From the NCBI GenBank assembly GCA_047495785.1, contig JBLDXI010000003.1, positions 3,720,001 to 3,784,000 of the forward strand: DNA of 64,000 nucleotides. The letters are read 5' to 3'. A model generated the notes under the pieces. The model was not told the DNA's origin. It worked only from the letters and a program-made list of their open reading frames with translations, and ran no database searches. The translations under genes and the position numbers were made by a program. This DNA comes from Lepidodermella squamata. Taxonomy: Eukaryota; Animalia; Gastrotricha. Shown here one piece after another: positions 12,689 to 25,256 of this stretch (position 1 is the stretch's first letter; the number at the start of each line of letters is the position of its first letter).

Positions 12689-14687
12689 TATTTGTTGGAA
12701 AATAAACTCTTACCTGTGTAAAAATCAACCAAATCACAGATGTTTTCGAAGGTTCGGACCGGGAACGAAACAAAACAACCATAGCCATCTTGCAAAAAGG
12801 TAATCTTCAGAGCAATTTCGAGTGAAAAAGACGTACATTTTTGAAGGTAAAATTCGAACCTGATAATGGCAAATGTAAGGACTGCCGTCTTCTTTAGTTC
12901 CAAATCTCGCGGATAATGCCATGAAACGGCTATGGGCTGAGGGCCGTATGAGAAACCTGCCTGATGGAACATTTGGTCTCAGCAACCAAACCATCGCTGT
13001 CCTCCGATTGATGTTGAAGAAAAATCTAGGAAATTCAGGATTAGGATTATAAAAAAAATGTGACATTCTAAGTTTTTACTCTTGATCTCTAATGTTAGGA
13101 GGCCGGTCTAAAGACTTCTTCCTTGTGACGCACGAATTTGGCACGAAGCCAACTTGATCGGTTGCCAAGTTTCGGAGGTATACTTTATCGGAAATTTCTC
13201 GACTGAAAATCAGGGAAAATTGTAAATATATTATTTGCAATAAAATGAAATCCTCACTCGGATGGCTCAGTTATGAGTTTATCTCCATTTTTTACTGAAA
13301 GACAGCCATCTTGTGAAGATTCGTAGTCTGAAATAGCCAGATATCCGAGCTTGGGAATAGGTGTTTCTGATAAAATTAAGATTTCAATTAATTAATCTTG
13401 ATTACGATGATGCCTATACTTTTTCCAGTCGGCACGGCTAGAATATTTGATTCCGCCAATGTTGATTCGTCATCAATCAGTGTTAGCTCAGCTCGAACCT
13501 CGTAGTTGGTATCTTCCTCTAGGTCCATCACCGTGCACATTCTCCCAGGCTTATCGGAATACGCTATCACCTCACTTTGCGAGCAATCGATCCAAGCGAA
13601 ATCACCCGATTTTCGATACATGAAATCATAGCGGCGCCTCATTGCCGTTGAATCACCGCCGACTGGTTTCGCGTAGATATCGATCACGTTATACCGGACT
13701 GAGGCGAAGATCAACAGCTGGATGGATTCATCGTTTTTTTGAGACGCCTTAGAATGTTGTAGTGACAATATTGCCTTCTGGCTTCGCACTGAGCTGGATT
13801 TGCGTCGAGATGGGAAACAGCATTTCATTTTACCGAATTATAAGTCTGATGTGGGCTACTGAAACATCAATTTGACTGATATCGGGTGCCTGCTTACACA
13901 TGGAGATAAATAAGGACGCATTAATTGTTTAAGCAGATAAATTTATCATACTTGCGTTATTCATGTTAAAACAAGATAACAATGTCGCAAAATTCCAGGA
14001 ATATTTGTTTTTAGCAGAAAAAGTTGATGACACACCTTTTCTCGGTAGTCCGATTTCTGAGCAAATAGAAACGTCACCGTATAGCGCCATTGAAGGGCAA
14101 AAATGGACTGGAGAGCGAAACCGAATTTTGAGACGCACGACTGATGTCAAAGGATTAATTTTGAATGTTGCGGTGGCTTTGAAACACTTCAGAAAGAAAT
14201 TAAGGGAATAAATATAGACTTCTTGCTTCCCGCGTGAACAATTGAAAATTGAAAACCTCTTTCAGATTCTGGAAGGTGCGTTTGAAAAAAACCTTGAAAC
14301 TCGCATCAAGGTGTAACTTTTCAGGTTAGTTTATTCGTATAGTGGATATTCGTACTTGAACGGCTTTCCGGTTGCGTAATATTCGAGGTTTTTTGATCAT
14401 AAGCATTTAAAACTAAGAATCATATCTCATCTAGAATTTTGAGATAACTTGGCCTTATCAAATTTGCAGGCAAAATCATGCAATTAGAGTTGGAAAGCTC
14501 AGGGAACCTAAAAAGTACCGAACCTTCGATCGAACTTTATCAAAATAGGAAAAGGCTCCTGATTTTGTCACCAGATTTGATAGGGTCAAGTTATCTCCGC
14601 CTTGCTGAAACAGCGGCTGGCTGCTTCTGTGCTGTTCAATGAGATCTCCTGAGGTTCGACTCCAAGTCCATCGGCTCTAATTTTTAT

Positions 14688-15322
14688 GCACATATTCAGG
14701 CCCGCCTAAGTTTTCCTCCACGCGCGCACTCTGATTGGTCGGCCACGCACTCAATGAATGATAAAGGATAACTTTCGAATTTACCGGCGGTTTTTATATC
14801 AAAATGAAATTCATTAAATTTGGAATCGATTGAATATGGTGTTCTCGCTCGAAAAATGTAAAGCGAAAATGTTTTACGAGCATCCAAAGTAATGCGCGCA
14901 CGCACTAGTGAGCGCGCGCGTTAACGGAAATTCAAACGACAAATTTCCATCACATCGTAAAAAAAAATTGCTTTACATTTTTCGCCGCGCGCGGTTTTTA
15001 AATGCTAAAAACTATGTGCGGACACAAATTAAACTTGTGCGCGCGCAATTCTGCAAGTCCTAACGGTTCATTAAATTTCAATTTTAAATAATTTATTCCA
15101 TACGAATTTTTGATAAGAATATTCAGTTTTTACTGCTCTGTCCAATAATGTGCTATCATGATCGTGGAAAAATTTAATTGCAAAAAGAAATTGGGGTATA
15201 ATTCGAGATTTTGTTTGCTCGCATTGTGCGCGCGCTCACACGTGTTGCGCAATCGCACGCACGCAACGCCGACCAATCAGAATGCGCGCGTGGAGGAAAC
15301 TTAGGCGGGCCTGAAAATGTGC
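14688..15322. mobile_element. Mutator/MULE-like MITE
   Basis: ~55-bp TIRs (gcacatattcaggcccgcctaagttttcctccacgcgcgca..ctgattggtcggc) starting with G; exact 9-bp TSD aatttttat (14679-87, 15323-31). Confidence 0.88.
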
Positions 15323-15574
15323 AATTTTTATGATCATCTTATATTTCTTTCCAGTTTTTTCGGACAGTTTTTATTCGGCATCAAACAAGATTTCAAAACT
15401 TCCACTTCTCACTTTGGTGCAATTCACGCTTACTATCTAGCTCATTTCAAACTCTTCGCTTTTCATCCAGAACATTTCAGAATTCTCGGAGAACTGTGTG
15501 ATGAACTGACAGGCCTGTCTTTATTCAGTCAGCCTCCCTCTTGTGTCTTCTGGATCTTTGCATTCTTGTTCGGT

Positions 15575-15775
15575 GCAGTTCTGACTCTTGGCGGCTCCGG
15601 ACGTGGTGCAGATTTGCCAGGGACCTTCGAAGAACCAGCAGTTCTGACGCATGGCGGCGACGGGGGTGGTACAAATTTGCTAGGAACCTTCGGGGAACCA
15701 GCAGTTCTGTCACTTGGCGGCGGCGGCGGCGGCACTGGCACTGGCACTGGCTCTGGCGGCGGCGGCGGCGGCCCG
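15575..15775 (-). repeat. Pro-rich tandem repeats (RTAGSxKVPxK units, poly-Pro) in a short ORF
   Basis: Two to three ~63-bp units plus (ggc)n and (ggcact)n runs. The ORF 15529-15894 has no recognisable domain. Confidence 0.5.
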
Positions 15776-16829
15776 ACCTCCGGGATATCCGGCTTTTGGA
15801 AAGGCGGCTTAAGTTTATGAAGCGGGCCGCGGCGGCTCTGCTCGAAGAGAACATCGCTAAGAACGACGCCGACCTTGTTGTGGTAAAACAACATTTGGAA
15901 CCCCGTTTATTCACAAGTGAAAGAGCTTACGAAAAGTGCGAAAGCTACACAGCGCAGCATTATTTACTAAAATTGAGTGTTTAAAAAAGTAACAGAGTAT
16001 ATTTACAAAGAAATTAGTTGAGAAGTGAATTAGGAGCTGCTAACCGTCTTCCATATCAGCCACGTGAGTCACGCGATCGCCCTCACGCACCTGGCATCAA
16101 AGCAAATAAACAGCCGATCAATGGGTTTTTTATCTATCAACCCTGGCCAAAAAGTGATCTCGAAAGTGAACAGTGCATACAGACACATGTACAGACATAG
16201 AGCCTCCGCGAAACTTTTTATTCCTATTCAATAGCTGCCTTGAAAAACATTAAGCCTCTGGCCGGAGGGTGAAAAACACGTTTTAAGCTGTCGGTGTACA
16301 CTGTTGGTTTATAGCCAAAACCAGAAGAAATGAACTTTCCAACTTCTGACTAAGTGCTGATAAGACCACGAGGAAACATTGATCAGGATTGAACTACACT
16401 TTCTCGCGATTCACTCAAATTTTGTTCTCTTTGAATATCGTGTGGAATAATCGTACCTAGCAAAATTTCGGACAAATATCATATTACTTGCTCAATGCAG
16501 GCAGGGTTTCGGTTTGTTGGTTTTCTTTGAAATTTTGCGTTTCACTCAAGTGGAAAAAATTATTCGGCACCTGTCTCATTTACTAATCGTTGGTCATTCG
16601 TGTTTAACGTAATCGCGACAAATAAAGGGCAATGAGAAAATGGTCGTAGAGAGCTTTTTGATTGATTGAACTCGGCGAACCTTGAAAATTTGCTGAAATT
16701 AATAATTTTTTAATTATAATTTTGTTTGTTTTATTTTATTAAATTCCCGAAACGCTGCATAGGAATCAAAGCAGGAAAAAACATTTCAGAATGTCTATAA
16801 TTCAGTTCGGTTGTATTAACTTGTTAGAT

Positions 16830-17901
16830 TTACCAATTCAAAACACCAGGAATGTACTTATCAATCAAAGATTGATAGTAAGGCTTAAGAGCCTCGACAT
16901 CTGGCAAAGTGTTGCTCTTAGAATACAAATCGAATTGACTGAAAAAAAAACAAATTATTCAGGTTAACGTAAAACCCAAATTTTCCTTTGCTTACTTGAA
17001 TCGCAAAACCCACTCCATCATCTTTTGGTCATATTCACTTTCAAAATACTGATAGTCGCGAGCTGTGTGCCAAGCTGAAAGGAACAATTTTCTAAAAAAA
17101 ATTCGAAACATTTCTGAAGTTCGACTCACGGTAGAAGGAATGGTATCGAACGCAGTAGAGAGCTTCGGCTGGTAAACGGCACTGAGGGGCGTTTTTCAGA
17201 ACGCGGTACAGGTATTCATCATGGCCCCAGGACATGGTCAAATTTTCGATTCCACAATGTTCTTTATACATGCCCAACTTGGTGCTGTAGACCGGGTGAT
17301 TGAAATCAGGGTTCTCAGCAAAACTCTCCAGACCGAAAACAATTTTCGGGGACGGGGCACATCCCACAGGGAAAGAGTCGCCAACAGTGCTGTATTGGGG
17401 CTCGCCGTATAGCGCCATCAATTTACCCAAATCGTGGATGAAACCGGTTAGTTGGAACCAGTCGTTGTCTGGGTACACCTCACGGATACGTTCAGCTGTT
17501 TGGTAGGCGTGGAACGAGTTCGCAAAGTCAACATCCGGATCACTTTCGTCGACAAGATCGTCCAACATGTCAGTGACTTCCATAATAGTTTTTTGGGCAT
17601 GGTTAAATTTCAGCCATTCCTCATGCTGAGCGACATAAAATACTACAGGTGGATTTTCTAAGTTTAAGGTAGCTATACCTTGGATTTGACGTAATCCACG
17701 CATTGATATGTATGCATGTTGTAATAGGTCCGCTTGACCCGGTCATGGAGCGCATTCGATTCGTCATAAACTCGATACGCTTCTTTGTCCTTCGAAGCTT
17801 CGAAGGGGGTTAACAAGTTGTTTGCGACTTCAATTAGCTACAAATTAATTAGAATTAAGACAATCCTTTCATTTGTCCTATAATTAAAAGTAACGTACCA
17901 T
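16830..17901 (-). CDS. MIOX: Myo-inositol oxygenase
   Basis: ATG-only first coding exon (17899-17901); RVKRTYYNMHTYQCVDYV, LVDESDPDVDFANSFHAYQTAE, GFIHDLGK, VGDSFPVGC, MSWGHDEYLY, RYHSFY, DLYSK, KYIPGVLNW*. These are the di-iron HD-fold MIOX motifs. Confidence 0.96.
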
Positions 17902-18375
17902 TGTGTTTGGGAAATGATAGAAAAAGCTTCAACTGGTGTGGGATTTCGTCGTATACCTTTTTATCTGACCTTTTTGTCACAAACTGGAGTTGATAACAAC
18001 CTGCTTGCTGGCATTAATTACAGCATGCACTCCCATCGCGAATATGCCAGATACAGTACGACACTAGACAGGGCGATGCGCTGTTGATAAAACTCACATT
18101 ATCATATTATTTGTTTTCCGCTTCACTTTTTCGCGGTCAAAACCACGCCTTCGCATGTCCATAAACAGAGCGTTATCAACTGCCAACTTGGGTAAAAACG
18201 TGATGTTTCTCCGATATCGGTTTTCTTGAAGCCCGACATCAAACATGTAGACACCTCATGCGTCATAAAAACAGCCACACCGGGTAGCAGGATCAATCTG
18301 GCTAATTACTCTATAAAGTTGTAATCCTGCGAAGATGAGAGAGCAAAAATATTTTTATAAAAAAATACTGGCAAC

Positions 18376-20803
18376 ATGTTCAGATTTATAGCCTTGATAA
18401 CCGTAGCTCAAGTATGTCAAACGGCGTTTCCTAAAAAGCCCCACGACATGTCGATGTTAATCTTGCTACCTTTGACTGGTTTGTCTTATCGGGATTCCAT
18501 AGATTACATCCATTCTCTCCCATTCAGGTGACGAGCCAAGGACTGGTAAAGGCTGTCGAGCTGCAGCTGAAGTAGCTCTGAATGCAGCCAACTCTCAGTC
18601 AGAGATTTTGCCTGATTACAACCTTGTCCCAACTTACATGGATGAGGGCGCCGTTTCAGGTCTATCGTCTCGATCAGTTGTTTCATTTCGGCGCAAATTC
18701 GAACTATCAACCGAGCTGATTCAATCACCTGTGATGGTCGGACCATACTTCGCAACAGGATGCATGGCTCTAGGGCGGCATATCCATGAGCTGGATATGT
18801 TGACTATCTCAGTTGGCTGTAGCACACCTCAAGCGACGGCGAATCGTCGTATCTTCCCGAATTTGTACCGACTCAGAGTGAGTGGCGAATTCGTCGCTTG
18901 TCCGCAAATGCTTTTTATCCGAAATTTTGGTGGGTGGAATCGATTTGGTATCATCTCATACTCGGGCAATGTTTTCGACTACACCATCGCAATCTACCTT
19001 CAAAAAGTGGCTATAGCCGAGGGGTTTAACATCGCCTACTTTGATGTAGTCCCCGATTTCACAGAAGAAACGATGCATCTACTGAAAGAGTCTGATTCCA
19101 GAATTATCGTAGCTGATATCGCGGTTCCATTAATGATGATGCGTTTCCTTTGCCAAACTTATCAGCTCGGTTTGACTGGGCCGAAATACGTATTCATTAT
19201 GCACCCAGCAGCTTACGTCGAGCCAACAGTAATGCCGGAAAAAATTGGCGAGAATTGCACGAGGCAAAACATTTTCGAGCAGTTAAACTACTCGATTTGG
19301 ATCGCATGGTCTGTTGTACCTTTGTCAGAGGGGAAAATGGCTCTGAAGTCTTCCCTTGGCTATGACTTCAGAGAATTCGAATTTCGATATCAAGCTCTAA
19401 CCAATTATTCAACTCCTGCCGATCATGACAAGCGTTTACTCTGCCATGATGCGACTCTTCAAGCTATCATGGCTTTGCATGAATCAGAAAAGATATTGAA
19501 ATCGTTAAACATGACGCTGAAAGACTACCAAATCAAACCGAGAGCAGTATCGAAAGTTGTCAATGCCACAATGGCCAACATTTCTTTTGTCGGTTTGAGG
19601 ACCGGGAAGTTTCGTTATTCGGAACGAGTCGAAATCGATGCTGATATACAGGTCGCCTATCAATGGACTCCAAGCAGCCAGCAACAGCAAATGTTGACGG
19701 AATTTTCCGTTTTTGAAAACGCGAATTCCAGCAAGTTAAGCAGTTACAGGGCTAGAGCTATCAGCAATCCGATTTGGCTCACTGCCAATGGCCAGGCTCC
19801 AAATGACATATCACAATTTGTTCACGACTTACAAACCGTTCCTATCGAGTTCTTCTGGTCCATTTGTGCAATATCGATACTCTCAATGATTTTCCTACTC
19901 CTTGGTCTTGCCAAGGCAATATTCGTCTATCAGAAGGAACCGGGCCATCACGGGTCTCTTCCGGTCAGTAAGACCGGTTTCACACTGGGCTGTATCTCTC
20001 TTGATCTCGCGGCAATATTTCTATCCATCACAGTCTATAAGGATATGAGTGTCGTATATTGCTTCATACAGCGTATTTTCTTGCTTGTTGGCCTCGCGTT
20101 GGTTCACGGCTACGCAGTTTTTCGAATGGTCTTCTATTTCCGTTGTAAAGTTCGTCACAATATAGATCGTTTATTTGCTGAACATGTCGCTCAAGGAATC
20201 TACCGATTTTCCGTCCATCATCCGCGTTTCGATAACAGGCACTCTTCCCTTAAGTCAGCCCATTCAAATGGGATAACAAAAAAGAATCATTCGACCAGCT
20301 CAGAGGGGAAAATGAAGAAAGACCTTGTTGGGCAGGAATTGTATGCGATAGTTGGCATTTCGTTCCTTATGCTAATATCAACAGCCTACGTAATATCGTG
20401 GGGGGTAGCCGCTCAGCCTCAATATTTACTGCATAACGTTACAGAGCTGGAGTACTTTGAATCGATTGATACTTACGTCAGTCACGAGGTTTTGATTTGC
20501 GACTCGTCGAACGATACAGCTTGGGTCCTAGGGATAACCCTTTTTCACGGTTTGCTCCTCGTTATTGGCAGCTTCCTAGCTTACGAGTTACGCCATTGCA
20601 CGAAGTTGATGATGACGTACGTCGGCTTCAATGTAAATCGTCTCGCTTTGGTCAACATGGCTGTTTTGTTTTTTGGCGCATTTTTATTGATGTTAGTCGT
20701 TCAGTCTCATATTGGGAAACTCATGGCTTTAGCAGTCATTTGCTTACTGTTTTCGTCCATTACTGCAGGCATTATGTTTATCCCATTTTTCAAACGTCCG
20801 TAG
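18376..20803 (+). CDS. Divergent GABA-B-receptor-like class C GPCR (Venus flytrap + 7TM), about 792 aa
   Basis: Signal-peptide exon 18376-18478, 49-nt intron, then GKGCRAAAEVALNAANSQSEILPDYNL, FPNLYRL and LKESDSRIIVAD (GABA-B VFT motifs). No cysteine-rich domain. Seven hydrophobic segments, including GLLLVIGSFLAYELR and IMFIPFF. Confidence 0.85.
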
Positions 20804-20937
20804 CGAAATTCAAGATTCTTCACATTCTTCTCACAAAATTCGAAAAAAAAGAAAAAACAGGTTCTTTCGTTTTCTTCTTACCGTAGTCTGAATATGAAAA
20901 TTAAATTTAACGACATTGTCAACTTCTTAAACTGCAA

Positions 20938-23900
20938 TTAGTGTTCGTCTATACTTTCGGAGCGCTTAGCAGTGAATTGTTTTTTTCGCTGCCTCACCTT
21001 TTGGGCGTCTTCATCGCTTTCGTCGACCATGGCGTAGTTGCTTGCTTTCGGCCGTCTAAACGCGACGAAACGAGTAGTGACCGCATGCCATTGCGCTCGA
21101 GCTGCAGGGCTTCGAAATTCGGTAGCACTTTGGTGATGGGACGATTTTTCATCAAAAGAAGCACGGCTATCCTCTCCACCGCTTTCGTTGTCCCGATCAT
21201 GCCCAGCGCCGTCATTGAATAATTCATTCTCCATTTTTAGCAGAATCGCTTTCAGGACGTCCTGCTGGGTTTCAAACTTCGATCCTAAGCCGGTCAAATG
21301 GCGAGACTGCATCGTGAGCTCTTCCAGCAGATAGGCGAAATCCGTTTTACTCTCATCACCCTCGGGATCTCCATCTGCATCTCCACTCCCACTATTTTTC
21401 AGTGACGATTTGATTTTCTAGGGAAATCAGGAACTTATGTATCGAAATGACATCGAAAATTCGAACTTACCTCCAAAAATTTGAACCCAGATCTGTTAGG
21501 ATAGAACTTCCACTCATCGAACAAACGCCTGATTAGGAAAGATCTCGGAAGGATCCTCTCCATTCCTGTGAAGAAATCAACTTGCATCGCTAGCCGCTTC
21601 AAGCGAGCATTCTTCTGGACTGACTCAATGTTACCGACGGCAAGACCGACAAGAAGATTTGTCAACAAAATAGGGATCAAAACGATGAAAATGACATAGA
21701 ATATATAGGCCAAGGCTGGGTATAGAAGCTCTCGCTCTCCATTGATAGTCGGGCTGATGAGATTGACGTAATTCAACTCTCCCAGCATCATGGCCATTGT
21801 TGCGATGATTGAGACAAACGGGTCGTTGAATTCAATCGTAGGGCCATCGGTCGCTCGAAATACGACAGAAAGTGTCAGAGCAAATGCAATGAGAATAAAA
21901 CTGAAAACGACTAGAACTCGAATGACAGTTTTGAAAATCTCCACGAACATCACAATGTAGATACCAAAGAAATCAAATCTTTTGAGTAAAAGAGAAAAGC
22001 TTAGAGCGAAAGTTATTCGTGGCGATTCTCACCTTTGAAGGTACAGTAATAGGTTCACCCAACCAAGGAACAAGCAGATCACGCTTGAGATGAACTGGAG
22101 GTCATATTGCTCCATTTGTATGAAAGAAGGGATCGTCATGCAGTACGTTGCCACGTACAGTATTGCCTCAATCCAATGCGTGAAGTCGAAGAAGAAGGCT
22201 ACCTTTTGCTGGGCTAAAGAAAATAGCTGCATTCCAGAATTTACAAGACAGAATATCGCAACTAAGGCCATTCGAATGACAAGCGACTGTTCAATCAATT
22301 CTCGATTTTCCTTTAAAAGACGCAGGGCTATGATTCTAGGCAAGACTTAGGACAGAATTCACTCACGTATTTGACCGGAAAATGTAGCGCTGTCTCGTTG
22401 CTGTCTTCATTAAAATGGCTTGTGGACTCCGAAATGTTGGAGAAGTTGTGAAAAGTAGCATTCCACGATGTCGGTTGATCCTCTTTGGGTTTGCAGTCTA
22501 TGCATTTGATGTTTGCAATAATGTCGTCAACGTCGTAAGCCACCGAAGTCAATAGAGCCAAAAATAGGAAATAGAGAGCTGAAGTGAAGCAATTTAGGAA
22601 CCGAGTAAGTATCAAAGAATTCTTTACCAACCTATTCTGAAATTATACACAAGCGCTCCGTATCCGACCCATTTACGCTGAAGAAAGTTCACGCAAAGGG
22701 GATGCGAAAGGCAGTCAACTCGGTTATACTTCACCATCATCTGATACGAAGATGTCAGCCTGAAATTAGTAAATGGTTGCAACAACTTACATTCAGAGGT
22801 AACAGCGGCGTTATTTTGAGATCCTTGGTTGCCTGGGCGGATTCGATCAAATGCTCAGGAGTCTTCAAGTATCGGAAATCGTAACGCATGTAGAAGTCTC
22901 GACTTTTCTTGTTAGTCGCTGCGAACGTGATACATTTATCCAGAAAAAGGATGCAGATTTTCGGCAAATGCTGGATCAAACCAAGCAGTGGTGATCCCAT
23001 CGTGCTGCGAAGTTGCATCGCCTCTTCGCATCTCGCGTGTCGAATCACTGCGGCTGCAACGTCTGTTCGAAAATGCAGTATTGCGAGATCGAGAAAAGTA
23101 TGGCCGTCAGAGTTATAGTCAAGAGTCGCCTCAGCGGTGAGGAGATAATCGACAATTAAGGCATGGCCGTTTTGCGACGCAAGGTGTAGGGCAGTATTGC
23201 CAGCCTTATTCGTAGTATTCAGAAGGTGAGGAGCTAAACCAACCAAAAGCATCACAGATTCGTGATTTCCATACTCCGCAGCTAAAAAAAATCCGATCAA
23301 AATAGCTTCAGTGATTACTATTAGTCAATTTACCCATGTGAAGCGCCGTGTTTTGCTGGAAATCTTTGCTCATCTGAGCACCTTTTCGCACTAGTAGAGC
23401 AATCACTTTATAATGGCCGTACATAGAGGCAACGAGAAGAGGGGTCCTGCCTTCTCCATCAACCTCATTGATCAACAGAGCCCCCTGTTCGCTGTTCAAC
23501 AAGTTTTTCGCGGTTTGAAGCTTGCCATGCCTAGCAGCGAAGTGAAGAGGTGATTGCTTCTCATTGTCTTTCAACGTAACAGTCGCCCCAAGCTCCAGTA
23601 GACTTCTGACTGTTGATAGTTGCCCGGCTTTACTAGCGTAGTGGATTGGCGAGCACCCAAAATCGTCGCGTTCGTTCAGAAGTTGCTTTAAAGTCTTGAC
23701 GCTACTCAGCTCAAGTTCCCTTACTTTCACTCCATTCATGATTGCAAGATGAAGAAAGTTCCTATTATCCTTATCTCGTAGGGTGGTATTAGCTCTTCTG
23801 CGTAACAGGCAGTTGATTGTTTTGACCGCGCCCTTCGAAGCAGCAAGGATCAGCGGGGTCCGCCTCTCGCTGTCCTGAACATTCAAAGCGGCGCCCGATT

Positions 23901-25123
23901 CAATAAGGAATAGAACTGCATCGACGTGGTTGAACCCGGCCGCTTTGTGAAGCGGGGTCTGATCTAAGATGTCGCGGCTACCAATGCTTGTCTCCACCTT
24001 ATCCGGGCAAGCCAGGAACATTGCTTTGATGATGTCAACACTGCCCTTGGACGCAGCATAATGAACAGCGGTTTGCTTGTCTTCGATGTGATGAGCATTG
24101 ATGTCGGCCCCAGCTTTCAGACAAACCATTACGGATTTTAGGTCACCACTGTTGACAGCGCTGTGTAGAGGTAAGTTATTTTCGCCGTCAATGGTGTGGA
24201 TCAATGTTTCTCCGCTGATATCTTTCTGCGCCGCTGCAAATATATCGTAAACGGGTGAGATTCATCAACTTCAAGAATTTCTACTAACCGTATTCGATGA
24301 GGACATCGACGACTTTTGCCGATCCATTTCTAACAGCGGCATGAATCGATGAATAACCAATGTCGTTATTTCTGAACATATCAGCCCCCTCTTGCAACTA
24401 CAAACATCAACATTTCGACCCAATGCTCAGTTTTTAGTCGTAACTTACCAAATATCTTGCGATTTCTGGCATATCACCAGCACAGGCATACTGCAATGGA
24501 GTGAAACCGAAATCTCCAGGCAGCTCGAGAGACTCGCGGTCCAATTCAATGATGATCTGAACAATCGCAAGTTTGTTGGTCAGAACTGCTGCATGTATAG
24601 CAGCCGATGAGTTGTTATTGCGAATTTTAGTCTCAGCGTTGTGTTTGATGAGCCATTCAACCGCATTAGCATGGCCCCGATCGATGGCACATAGCAGCGG
24701 GGTGTTGCCAATCTTATCGCGAAAATTCATGTCAAAGTAAGGCGACCCATTGTAAGTGAACAAAAAGTCAAGAACTGGCATTCGAGCCCAAACCGCGGCG
24801 TGGTGGAACACGTTTTGACCTCGTATGTCGCGAACAGCCAGTCGTTCTTCGTCTTCACTGAGCAGACGCTGAACTTCCTCCAGGTTGCCTTGTGCCGCGA
24901 CTTTGAGAATGTAGTAAGGAGATTCGTCGTAATGGCAAACAGTCTTCTCCTTATGGCCGACATCGCTCTGTTCGTCCAATTGCGATTGGTTAAGATGGAC
25001 GCCGTCGCGACTTGAAAATTCCCCATTTCTCTCTGGGTCATCGGCAGTCGTCACAGTGATTTCTGCATCGGATGACTTTTTCCCGAATAAGCAGGATAGA
25101 AATCCTGGTTTTTTCGCAGCCAT
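20938..25123 (-). CDS. TRPA1: TRPA1-like channel, copy A
   Basis: Long ankyrin array, HPLC..FLQRKW pre-S1, six TM segments, filter MMLGELNY, S6/TRP-like NLLVGLAVGNIESVQKNARLKRLAMQV, C-terminal coiled coil. Confidence 0.93.
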
Positions 25124-25256
25124 ATCAAGATTGTTCAAAAAATACTAGTACAAATTGAAAAAATGAATTATTTTTACATCTCAAAATTTAATGGACATTG
25201 ATTTCTGTGCGAAGTGCTTTGATCTTAGTAACATAGGTTTAATTTGTCGGTGCAAT

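Larger units (their letters stand above)
8429..13828 (-). pseudogene. Src-like kinase 3: pseudokinase whose last exon is split by a DNA transposon
   Basis: Same FN3-SH3-SH2-kinase layout. Starts MKCCF (no Gly2), degenerate Gly loop (GKPISGGV), DFG replaced by NFA. The last exon reads ..CRKNLRKIDI | transposon | KRRKPAEELCPDGLY..CWSRDPNSRPTF, with an apparent 1-nt frameshift near 8463 before ..DNFEVQNDYQTNF*. Confidence 0.85.

Noticed and set aside
14590-14680. B-box-like ggttcgactcc suggesting a tRNA or SINE
   Set aside because: No convincing cloverleaf or A-box and no second copy in the window.
15340-15480. Minus-strand frame with several TGA codons at Cys-like spacing (possible selenoprotein)
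   Set aside because: The same frame contains TAG and TAA, and no SECIS element is evident.
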